Sequence record: NZ_CP031103.1
Length of the DNA: 64,000 bases
DNA from: a plasmid
Reading direction: 5' to 3' (one strand)
Each line of letters starts with the position of its first letter. The stretch's first letter is position 1. Position numbers and translations under genes: made by a program. Of the stretch, positions 31,331-41,400 are shown piece after piece. Below the pieces are notes generated by a model. The model was given only the letters and a program-made list of their open reading frames with translations, searched no databases and was not told the origin of the DNA.

Positions 31331-31990
31331 GCCGAATCGGGTATCCGACCTGAGCCTTTATCCCGACACGTTTCATCAGTCGCCAGACTCTGTTGACTCC
31401 GCACTGTTGCCCGCTGTCCCGCAGATCCAGATGGATCTTGCGATAACCATAGACGCATCCCGATTCCAGCCAGAACTGTTTAATCTGTCCTGTCAGTCTC
31501 AGGTCTGCCCGATGGCGTTGTGAATGCGGCTGCTGAAGCCATGCGTAAAAGCCACTGGGATGAACATCCAGCACCCGACAGAGCAGGCGAACAGGCCAGC
31601 AACGGGCGTTGTCACGGATAAAGGCGTACCTCAGTCGGACAGTTTTGCGAAGTACGCCGCGGCTTTTTTTAATATGTCCCGTTCGTCAGTAACCCGCTTC
31701 AGCTCTTTCTGGAGACGGCGGATCTCGGCCTGAGCATCTGACTGTTCTTTATGAGTGGAGGAATCCGGACCGTACTTCTTTATCCAGGCGTAAAGGCTGT
31801 GGGTGGTGATATCGAGACGTGTTGCAACGCTGGAAACAGAATAACCACGATCAACAACCTGTTTGACTGCTTCAGTTTTAAACTCTTCGGGATAACGCTT
31901 ACCGCTCATGGGCACCTCTCTTTAAGCCATCTTAAATGACTCTGAGGTGTCTGTTAAACCCGTGGCGATTCATTTTTCCCAGTGATGCCA
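31326..31990 (-). mobile_element. IS3-family remnant: intact orfA (31631-31915) and only the first about 80 codons of orfB
   Basis: OrfA HTH/leucine zipper and OrfB N-terminus typical of IS3 family; element truncated at about 31330. Confidence 0.7.
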
Positions 31991-32037
31991 AACACTGGTC
32001 CCCTGAGAACTATGTATGTCTATCAGCTGGAGGTCAT

Positions 32038-32358
32038 ATGTCTTTACGTGGTACTGGAGAGTTTGTCCGTGACAGCATAATGGCTAATCGTCTGGCATTT
32101 AATGCACATAAAGAGCTTTATCATTTTCTTATGGCCGCTAATCAGTACGGCTTAAAAGCTATTGTAGATGAAACGACAACTTTGCTAATGGAAAGGGGTT
32201 ATGACTATTTGTCTGCGATCAACATGTCGGTCTCGCGGGCAAATTATTTATTTGAACTAGCAAAAGGCGAACAGAGGATTTATCAGGAGGTTAGAGGCCG
32301 CCTGGATAATTCTGGTGGTTTTCCCAGCGACGCCCCTTCACCAGATTGGCCAATATAG
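32038..32358 (+). CDS. hypothetical protein
   Basis: ORF starting MSLRGTGEF. Confidence 0.35.
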   Translation: MSLRGTGEFVRDSIMANRLAFNAHKELYHFLMAANQYGLKAIVDETTTLLMERGYDYLSAINMSVSRANYLFELAKGEQRIYQEVRGRLDNSGGFPSDAPSPDWPI

Positions 32359-32396
32359 CATCCAGATGTAGCCCCGCTTGGACGGGGCTTTCGTTA

Positions 32397-32702
32397 TTAC
32401 TTCCGAGTATTCCAATCATTAACTACTGATTGCATTGCCTTTTCATACTCTGAAAGCGCTTCCGCCTCTGTTCGCATCAAAGATGCCGTTTCGTGATATT
32501 CTCCTTTCATTGATGCCCCACAGCAACACTCGATCCAAAACACTGCAGTGCTGGTGATATTGCTGAGTTCCAAGTTATCTTTTTCCCCGCAAAAAGGGCA
32601 TGGCTTGAGGGTGTGACCATAATGTGAACCGTCATCCGAATAGCTCCCGCTATAGTCACCGGGAAGGCCATAAATTTGAATTTTTTCAGCACTGCCACAC
32701 AT
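32397..32702 (-). CDS. Lar-family restriction alleviation protein
   Basis: LKPCPFCG motif characteristic of Lar family. Confidence 0.55.
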   Translation of the reverse strand: MCGSAEKIQIYGLPGDYSGSYSDDGSHYGHTLKPCPFCGEKDNLELSNITSTAVFWIECCCGASMKGEYHETASLMRTEAEALSEYEKAMQSVVNDWNTRK

Positions 32703-32879
32703 TATTATGTTCTCCTATCGCTGTGTTACTTCAACCAACCTGTCTGCCAAAATTTTACAGAGCGCGGACTCAATTTTTTCTCTAGCCCGTCCTGCCAACA
32801 ATACAATCTTAATGTATTCAGTGCAGTATTAATTGCGATCCATGCCAGTCGCTGGGAAGAATCTTAGTCACAACACTAA

Positions 32880-33045
32880 AAAACGAGCAGGAACGTTTAA
32901 ATAGGGTTTACTCAAAAACTCAAATGAGTAAAAACACATTTATTCATTTACACATTCATTGTGATGCGATAAGGTTGGCACTCAAAAACTCATAACAGTA
33001 AATACTCATTTACTCATGAGAGTAAATGTAATGAAAAATGAGGCG
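32880..33045. repeat. partition-site-like repeats (ACTCAAATGAGTAAA / TTTACTCATTTACTCA motifs); further copies at 33680-33715 and 33960-34005
   Basis: Repeated motif flanking parA/parG. Confidence 0.55.
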
Positions 33046-33049
33046 CTAA

Positions 33050-33667
33050 ATGAAAGTTATCTCTTTTCTGAATCCTAAGGGCGGAAGCGGTAAAACTACC
33101 GTGACAATCAACGTTAGTACCAGCATTGCAAAAAAACATCGCGTAGCAGTTGTCGACACAGATCCACAGCAAAGCCTGGCTAACTGGAACAAAGCAGAAA
33201 AAGCAAACTTCGATGTTTTTACTGCAGCATCTGAGAAAGATGTCTATACCATCAGAAAAGAACTGGCGGACTATGACTATGTCATCATCGATGGTGCTGG
33301 CGCTCTTTCTGTTATAACTGCAGCTGCTGTGATGGTTAGTGACTTGGTCATCATTCCGGTTACGCCGTCACCTCTTGATTTTTCTGCCTCGGGTGCAGTT
33401 ATCAGTGTTCTTGAAGCACAGTCGTATAACAGACCGGTAGAATGCCGTTTCCTTATTACTCGCAAAATCGAGCAAGCAACAATGCTCACTGTGTTACGGG
33501 AAAGTATCGCTGCAACAGGTATCGCTTCCTTAAAGACTGCAATCACGCAGCGGCAGAGCTACGTTAAATCTGTGCTTGATGGCGAAACTGTATTTGATAC
33601 CAACGATGGTGCAGCGAAAGGCGAGATAGAAGTTCTGGCAGGTGAAATCCTCAAGTTAGTTGATTAA
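33050..33667 (+). CDS. parA: ParA-type small Walker ATPase (type Ib partition)
   Basis: KGGSGKTT deviant Walker A. Confidence 0.85.
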   Translation: MKVISFLNPKGGSGKTTVTINVSTSIAKKHRVAVVDTDPQQSLANWNKAEKANFDVFTAASEKDVYTIRKELADYDYVIIDGAGALSVITAAAVMVSDLVIIPVTPSPLDFSASGAVISVLEAQSYNRPVECRFLITRKIEQATMLTVLRESIAATGIASLKTAITQRQSYVKSVLDGETVFDTNDGAAKGEIEVLAGEILKLVD

Positions 33668-33701
33668 ATACACATTTACACATAAACTCAAATGAGTAAA
33701 T

Positions 33702-33959
33702 GTGTATTGGAGTAATTCGATGAGTTTAATAAAGCAGAATCGCAATCAGCCACCACCTGCAAAGGTGATGACTTTCGGTGAAAACAGAGACTTAAATAAA
33801 GTCATTTCGACAGCTCCCGCGGCTGTACAAAAGCGTGTGAACTTCAACATGCCAGAAGATAAACATCAAAGACTGAAAGCCGCATGTGCTCGAAAAGGAG
33901 CATCGATTTCTGACGTGATGAATGACCTTGTCGATGCATGGCTAAAAGATAATGAGTAA
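33702..33959 (+). CDS. ParG/RHH-type centromere-binding protein
   Basis: Small, follows parA, C-terminal RHH-like region. Confidence 0.55.
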   Translation: MYWSNSMSLIKQNRNQPPPAKVMTFGENRDLNKVISTAPAAVQKRVNFNMPEDKHQRLKAACARKGASISDVMNDLVDAWLKDNE

Positions 33960-34329
33960 ATGAGATTTTACTCCTAAACTCATTTACTCAAATGTTCATC
34001 GGGCTATTTGTCTACGCTTATCTAAATTGGGTTATGGTCAATGTTAGTTAACAAACCAAGAACTACGAGTCCGGTTCGAAGGATACAATCGTAGTGCTCG
34101 CCACAGCCTGTGACCGGGTTTGCCCGCGAACAGGCGAGGAAGCGCAATTGCTTAAGGATCTAAGGTAGCACTTACGCTCGAAACACGACCTTGCATATGC
34201 TTCTGTAGCATCATGATTACTATCAATTTTATCCACATATCCAACGGATAGATCAATTATTCAGATCAATATATAGATCATGTAAGTACAAAAGAGATCA
34301 CCCTTTCTATAAGCATATGATCCATAATT

Positions 34330-34450
34330 AAAAAAATAGGATCCTGACGGTTACTTTCATAAGAAAAGCGGTTACTTTCATGACCGTAGCGTTTACTTTC
34401 ATAACTGAGGCGGTTATTTTCATAACCTAGATGCGGTTACTATCATAATC
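34330..34450. repeat. replicon iterons (5x GCGGTTACTTTCATAA-like), DnaA box TTATCCACA at 34232-34240
   Basis: Seen in sequence. Confidence 0.75.
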
Positions 34451-34481
34451 ATGGCTGCTTTTACTCACTGGATGTGGATAA

Positions 34482-35354
34482 ATGGAAAATTCTGAAGCGC
34501 AGCAAAGTCCTTTTGCTATCAACAAGAAAGATTCTGGAGAAAGTTATGAACTGACTCCGAACAGTAATAAGACAGTTCAGCCTGTAGCTCTGTTACGTCT
34601 TAGCGTGTTTACTCCTGTGTCGCCAAAGGAAAAGGGAAAACGCGATTTTCTGATTGATGCTTCTGAAGAACTATCCAGCCTGGAGGTGGCTCGACAGGAA
34701 GGCTATACCAACATCAAAATTCAGGGCGCAAAGCTCGGCATGTCAACTGACTTTAAAACCTGGATTGGCATCATTTCTGCTTTCTCCAAGTACGGATATA
34801 CTGCGGATAAAATTTGTCTGCCGTTCTCTGAGTTTGCGAGGATGTGCGGCCTCCGGCCAACAGACATCAATGGGCGTGCCCGTAACCGGTTAAGTGAGGC
34901 GCTGTTTAATCTGTCCAGCGTTACTCTCTCGTTTCGTAGCCAGGATGGAAAGCGCAGCCTCGTTACCCACCTTGTGCAGCGTGCCCAGCTGGACATGGAT
35001 ACTAATATGGTCGAATTAGTCGGTGACCCAAGCCTCTGGGAATTATATCGCTACGATCATAAGGTTCTGCTTGGTCTGAAAGCACTCTCGGCACTCTCAC
35101 GTAAGGAGTCTGCTCAATCTCTCTATGTCTATTTCGAAAGCATGCCAGCAGGTACGCTGTACGTCTCTATGAAGCGTCTACGTGAAAGGCTTGCTATGGA
35201 ATCTCAGGTTAAAGACCAGAATTCAACCATACGACGTGCGATGAAGGATCTGAAGGGCATTGGTTATCTTGATTACAACGAAACCAAAAAAGGTCGGGAA
35301 ATCATGTTCATTGTTCATAACCGCTCGCCGCGACTCGCGTTGACCGTCGCGTGA
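34482..35354 (+). CDS. repA: RepFIB-type (Rep_3) replication initiator RepA
   Basis: Strong similarity to RepFIB RepA as recalled (TPNxNKTVQPVALxRLxVF...); iterons on both sides (second set 35356-35580). Confidence 0.85.
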   Translation: MENSEAQQSPFAINKKDSGESYELTPNSNKTVQPVALLRLSVFTPVSPKEKGKRDFLIDASEELSSLEVARQEGYTNIKIQGAKLGMSTDFKTWIGIISAFSKYGYTADKICLPFSEFARMCGLRPTDINGRARNRLSEALFNLSSVTLSFRSQDGKRSLVTHLVQRAQLDMDTNMVELVGDPSLWELYRYDHKVLLGLKALSALSRKESAQSLYVYFESMPAGTLYVSMKRLRERLAMESQVKDQNSTIRRAMKDLKGIGYLDYNETKKGREIMFIVHNRSPRLALTVA

Positions 35355-35611
35355 AGGCGGTCACATTCATAACAATGACGCTACAAGGCGGTCATATTCA
35401 TAATATTCCAATTAAAAGCGGTCGTTTTCATAAGTGCAGTCTATTCTGAGGGCTTTACGCCGGTCAGATGAGCCGAGTTTTATGAACGCAGCGATACCTT
35501 ATCTATGATCATGTTATGAAAGTAACCGCCAGTTATGAATGCTCCCGCCCATTTATGATAGTGACCGCTTTCCGTTGGATGTTAGTTAAGCCATTTTTAA
35601 CGTGAACAAGG

Positions 35612-36379
35612 CTAACGATTGCCGCGCAGGAGCTGCAGCGCATCCTGAGTATCGAGTGAGAACCGGACCTGCTGACTGGCGGCCACATCGAGCGCAAAAA
35701 TTTTCGTATACACCTCAGTCGACTCAAACTTCTCGTGCCCCATCAGGCCCTGGAGAACCTTGGGATGAACATGGCCATATAACAGGTGCATCGCGAAGCT
35801 GTGTCTGAACGTGTGCGGGCTGACCGGAATACTGAATCTCACCCCGTCCCGTTCTGCTGCCTCGACGGCACGCTCAAGCCAGTTGCGCACCGTGCGGTCG
35901 GTAACGCCCCAGACCGGCATGGCCCGGCGTTCACCTGTTAGCTTGTCGTCCTCGAATCTTTCCCGCGTGCTCGCAAACAGCCGACGCATTTCATCCACGT
36001 ATCCGGGATCTGACAGCGGGATCACCCGGTTCGCACTTTTTCCCTTTTTCGGGCGACCGCCAGCTGTGCGGCGTTGTTTAGCCGTACGGACCACCACGTG
36101 CGGGATCTCATCATTGAGGTGAAAGTCCCTTCTTCTGAGTGCCAGTGCTTCGTTGAGGCGTGCGCCGGTGTTCCACAGCGTGTTAATGAACGCGTGCTGG
36201 TTCCAGTCAGGAAGGTAATGCAGCAGGCCAGCCACTTCCGGCGCCAGAAGGTACTTCGGCATCTCGGTATAGTGCTTGGCCATTTCCCGTAGCGACAGTG
36301 CCCGTCCGTAGTCAAACGGTGCAGAAGTGGCAGTCACCTGCAGGGCAGGGGAGTGATGAACAAAAGCGGGCAGATTCAT
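35612..36379 (-). CDS. tyrosine site-specific recombinase (phage integrase family)
   Basis: R..HxxR..Y catalytic signature (HTFRHSFAMHLL...VYTKI). Confidence 0.8.
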   Translation of the reverse strand: MNLPAFVHHSPALQVTATSAPFDYGRALSLREMAKHYTEMPKYLLAPEVAGLLHYLPDWNQHAFINTLWNTGARLNEALALRRRDFHLNDEIPHVVVRTAKQRRTAGGRPKKGKSANRVIPLSDPGYVDEMRRLFASTRERFEDDKLTGERRAMPVWGVTDRTVRNWLERAVEAAERDGVRFSIPVSPHTFRHSFAMHLLYGHVHPKVLQGLMGHEKFESTEVYTKIFALDVAASQQVRFSLDTQDALQLLRGNR

Positions 36380-36939
36380 AACGCTCCTGGCGATAAGGAT
36401 GCGCTACGCAAAATCTGGCCCGATAACCCCCGTTAACCGTGTCATTTTTCACGTAGCGCAATCTGGTGAAGTTCTGGTGCCATTTTCGCCGCCGCCGGCG
36501 TCGGAAACCACGGAAAAAACCCGCAGAGCCGGGATCTCACATTTTCCTGTTTCTGGAAATATACCATAAAAAGGAAAGAGAAAGTCTGGCAGGACGATCT
36601 GAAAAGGATCCAAAAAGGATCCTTTTGCCCTGGATGATGTGGTGATTGGGTGGTGGAAAGGGCCATATGATGTGTTCTGTGACAAAATACCCCCGGTGAG
36701 GCAGTGCTTCCTGAAAATACAGAAAGCGGAAAGGGGGCAGGAAGGAGACGCTATTGCAAAGCCGTCGCGAACCAGTCTGAGCTTACACCGACGTTCGGGG
36801 ACGCTCTGTTATACGGGCGGAAGCAGGTAAAGTGGAAGGGAATGGAAGCGATTAATATTTATGTATGAACGCCGGATGTGAATTCTGTACTAAGATCATG
36901 ATAAAACCAGCCCGTGGTGTTTTATCCGCCTGAGGATAA

Positions 36940-37202
36940 TTGATGAGAGCAATTATTGCTGTTGTCTGCCTGACATCCGTTTCATGTACATCGCCTTATC
37001 CGAGTGCCATTCCGGAGCCGGTTTTCCACGGCTCAATAAGTTGCGATCCGAAGAAAAATAAATCTGAATGTATAAATGAGGGTAAAAGCGAATATGAGAA
37101 GGCTGCAAATTACGTCAAAATTTACGAAATGCAGTTAGGGGAGAAAGAACAGCAACTGGCAACTCAAAAGTATGCATTAAGCGATACCAGTGCTACAGGT
37201 GC
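36940..37202 (+). pseudogene. small secreted/lipoprotein gene truncated at its 3' end by IS1
   Basis: Signal peptide; ORF runs into IS1 IR. Confidence 0.4.
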
Positions 37203-37970
37203 GGTAATGACTCCAACTTATTGATAGTGTTTTATGTTCAGATAATGCCCGATGACTTTGTCATGCAGCTCCACCGATTTTGAGAACGACAGCGACTTCC
37301 GTCCCAGCCGTGCCAGGTGCTGCCTCAGATTCAGGTTATGCCGCTCAATTCGCTGCGTATATCGCTTGCTGATTACGTGCAGCTTTCCCTTCAGGCGGGA
37401 TTCATACAGCGGCCAGCCATCCGTCATCCATATCACCACGTCAAAGGGTGACAGCAGGCTCATAAGACGCCCCAGCGTCGCCATAGTGCGTTCACCGAAT
37501 ACGTGCGCAACAACCGTCTTCCGGAGCCTGTCATACGCGTAAAACAGCCAGCGCTGGCGCGATTTAGCCCCGACGTAGCCCCACTGTTCGTCCATTTCCG
37601 CGCAGACGATGACGTCACTGCCCGGCTGTATGCGCGAGGTTACCGACTGCGGCCTGAGTTTTTTAAGTGACGTAAAATCGTGTTGAGGCCAACGCCCATA
37701 ATGCGGGCGGTTGCCCGGCATCCAACGCCATTCATGGCAATATCAATGATTTTCTGGTGCGTACCGGGTTGAGAGGCGGTGTAAGTGAACTGTAGCTGCC
37801 ATGTTTTACGGCAGTGAGAGCAGAGATAGCGCTGATGTCCGGCGGTGCTTTTGCCGTTACGCACCACCCCGTCAGTAGCTGAACAGGAGGGACAGCTGAT
37901 AGAAACAGAAGCCACTGGAGCACCTCAAAAACACCATCATACACTAAATCAGTAAGTTGGCAGCATCACC
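37203..37970 (-). mobile_element. insAB: IS1 copy 2 (insA 37640-37915, insB 37218-37721); no target duplication
   Basis: 768 bp with IS1 IRs. Confidence 0.9.
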
Positions 37971-38478
37971 CGAGTTTTTGGTGCATTCAAAGCTGTTCAC
38001 CATGAACAGATCGACAATGTAACAGTTGAACAGCATGTAACACCTAATAGAACAGGTGAAACCAGTAAAACAAAGCAACTAGCACATGAAATTGAACACC
38101 TGAGACAACTTGTTACAGCTCAACAGTCACACATAGACAGCCTGAAACAGGCGATGCTGCTTATTGAATCAAAGCTGCCGACAACACGGGAGCCAGTGAC
38201 GCCTCCCGTGGGGAAAAAATCATGGCAATTCTGGAAGAAATAGCGCTTTCAGCCGGCAAACCGGCTGAAGCCGGATCTGCGATTCTGATAACAAACTAGC
38301 AACACCAGAACAGCCCGTTTGCGGGCAGCAAAACCCGTACTTTTGGACGTTCCGGCGGGTTTTTGTGGCGAGTGGTGTTCGGGCGGTGCGCGCAAGATCG
38401 ATTATGTTAAAAACGACAGGATTCATGAAAATTATCAGAATTGTGCAGGATGGGAAAACCATCCTGCACACCCATTGA

Positions 38479-41400
38479 TTAGATATCTAATTTAGGGAGG
38501 TTATTGACAATTTTCTGAGTTTCCAGACTGACAGTGATAACTCGTAGGAACAGCTCTAATGGGTATCTAGGGTTATCCATTGTTTCTATTGCCCAGTCAT
38601 TAGCATCGTTCACAATACCGCTATCTTTATGGGTAGAGACACCTTGCCGCTCCATCACCCATTCAAGCGCAGGTTTTCCATTCACAATGTAGTCATAGGC
38701 TTCAATTGGAATGTTTTTTATGCGAATTTTACTGTTATAAATGACCGTGTCTTTTTCACCTTTTTTGGCAAATTTCATCTTCTCAACATAGAAATCGTCT
38801 TTACTCAACTGTGAGTAACTCAAAGAACCTGTGTCGATATCAGCTTTGTAGGGTTCAACTGTTTCATATTTTAAATGCAATTCAGCCAACTCACGACCAA
38901 AATTGGAAAAAATCAAAAAGTCATCAAATTTTTTAACACATGGAATGCGAGGTAATTCCTTAGTTAAATTATCAGCATATCTAAACCGATACTCCTCTGA
39001 GTGCAAAAGACCATAAATATAATAAAAAATATCTTCTTTTTTTATTATATTAGCTCCAGAGTAAAAATCATTGAATAACTTCAGGCAGTCATCAGTTATC
39101 GCATCAAACCTTTCCACATCATCAGACAATTGTTTTTTACTATACAAGTACAATGGAAAGCATTGAGCACCAGCATCCATTGAATTTAAATCAAATATAC
39201 AATTTGATATTATTGCTGAAAACCCTTTCTTACCACCAAGCCCCGTGATACAGATAATTACATTATCAGATTCATTACTCGGGAAGATCTGTGGCATTTG
39301 ATAAACACAGTTATTGAAGTGTCTATTGAAGTACATATGTTGTTTTGTGAAAGGCCTGTATAGTGATACTCTGAAATCATCATTTGAAATATCATGATAA
39401 TATCCCTTGGATACATCATTGAAAACTTCCCTTGTCCAACTCATTCTTTTTGAGTCTAATATAACAAAATCCTTTGGCTCATCAGTACCATTATATTTGC
39501 TATATCTTTCGACCTCTTCATTGTAGAAATGAATCATCCTTGATATATTTTTTTTAAGAGATGAAAGAGAATATTGATAGCACCAAGCATCTCTATTGGT
39601 TTTAACTCCATTGGAGTAGTTTTCAAAAACAAAAAAAGCACTTTTATTTTTTTTACTACCTAATTCAATAAAATCATTGAAGCTATCATCTCGCTGATTC
39701 AGCCAATCGTTGTAGGCATCTGGTGTGATTTTCTGCCAGCCATGCGTTTTCTCAATACCGTCAATACTGCCAAAATCGGAAATCGTCTCCAGCTTTTCTT
39801 CTTTTGTCAGGTAATCACCAATATCATGAAAATAAATCTGACCCGTCTGTGTTGCTACCGGATTTTTTACCAGAATAGCAATCACAATCGGCGTTCTTGT
39901 TCCCTGACCAAAAACGTTATCTTTTTCTTTGCGGCGAACCTCTCCTGACGTTCTAGCATTCCCTCTCAGATGGAAAAAATACAGGCTACTGAACTCTTCC
40001 GCCAGACACTTACGAAGTCCATCAGCCGAGTTAGAGTCGATATACCCGCCATTCGTGACAAATCCTATAACACCTTGTTCACCGATACGATCACTCGCCC
40101 AGCGTATTGCACGTATATATGAATCATAAAGCGAACTTTTCAATGTTGCAGTTGTGTATTTTGCATAGGTTAATTCAATTCTTTTATCTAGAAGAGGATA
40201 TTTTACATTAGCATTATTATCATTCCCTACACTTTGGCCTGACGAGTAAGGAGGGTTACCGATAATCACCCGAATATCCAGAGCCTTCTGCCGTTTACGA
40301 CGCTCACTGTTATCGACCAATACCGCACTGACCAGATCATCCTTCTCATACATTTCAAAGGTGTCAGTCAGACAAATCCCTTCAAACGGCGTGTACTCTG
40401 ATTCTTCCGTGATGCCGTGATACACCGCCTCAATATTAATAGCGGCAATGTAATAGGCTAACAGGACGATTTCGTTGGCATGGATTTCATTTTTAAACTT
40501 GTAAGCCAGTTTATCTGACGGGATCAGACCACTTTGCAGCAGACGGGTGATAAACGTACCGGTGCCGGTGAACGGGTCAAGAATATGCACACCTTTGTCG
40601 GCGAGTGTTTGTCCGAACTCCTGTTTCAGCACGTCATTCACGCTGTGAATAATAAAATCAACCACCTCAACAGGCGTATACACAATGCCCAGACGCTCCG
40701 TCATTCTCGGGAACGCATTTCTGAAAAACTTATCGTACAACTGTACGATAATCTGCTGCTTACCTTCTGCGGTGGTAATGCCGTCCGCACGCATTTTTAC
40801 CGACTCATAGAAGCTGTTCAGCGTGCTGGCTTCTTTTTCGAGATGATGCTCCTGCAACGTGTTAAGCACGTTCTGCATCGCCATACTCATCGGGTTATGG
40901 TCGGTAAAATTGTAATCCGCAAACAGGGCATCAAAAACCGGCTTGGTTATCAGGTGCTGAGCCAGCATTTCAATGATTTCATCATCGGAAACACTGTTAT
41001 TCAGGTCATCACGCAGTTCATCTGCAAATGCCCTGAAGGCACTGATTTCTATTTTATTCCCCGGATTTTCGAGAATGCCGTGAATGCGGTCGATATGTGT
41101 GCGGGCAATTTTAGCAATATCGTTCGCCCAGTCTTCCCAGTGATGCCGGTTACCGCATTTTTTAACGATTTTTGCGTACAGGGCGCGCTCAATCTCACCA
41201 ACGGAAAATTCAATATCAAACTGCTCAGGAGCGGGACTCACGGCTGAACCAATGCCACTGCTTTTACGCGCTTTTCCTGCTATCTCAGATTTTTTCGTCT
41301 GCCGTTTGGTTTTCTTCACCACTTTATCGGCTACCGCGATCACTTCCATTCTGCCGGTATCTTTACCGTTAAACTCCAGCTTGTTGATCATGGCATCAAA

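Noticed and set aside
37992-38232. Plus-strand coding remnant (…LAHEIEHLRQLVTAQQSHIDSLKQAMLLIESKL…)
   Set aside because: Open frame begins inside the IS1 IR without a start codon. Likely the 3' end of a gene truncated by IS1; function unknown, so not listed as a feature.
38220-38471. 83-aa ORF downstream of the Type ISP gene as a partner subunit
   Set aside because: No RBS or recognisable domain, odd composition. Type ISP enzymes are single-chain, so it is probably spurious.
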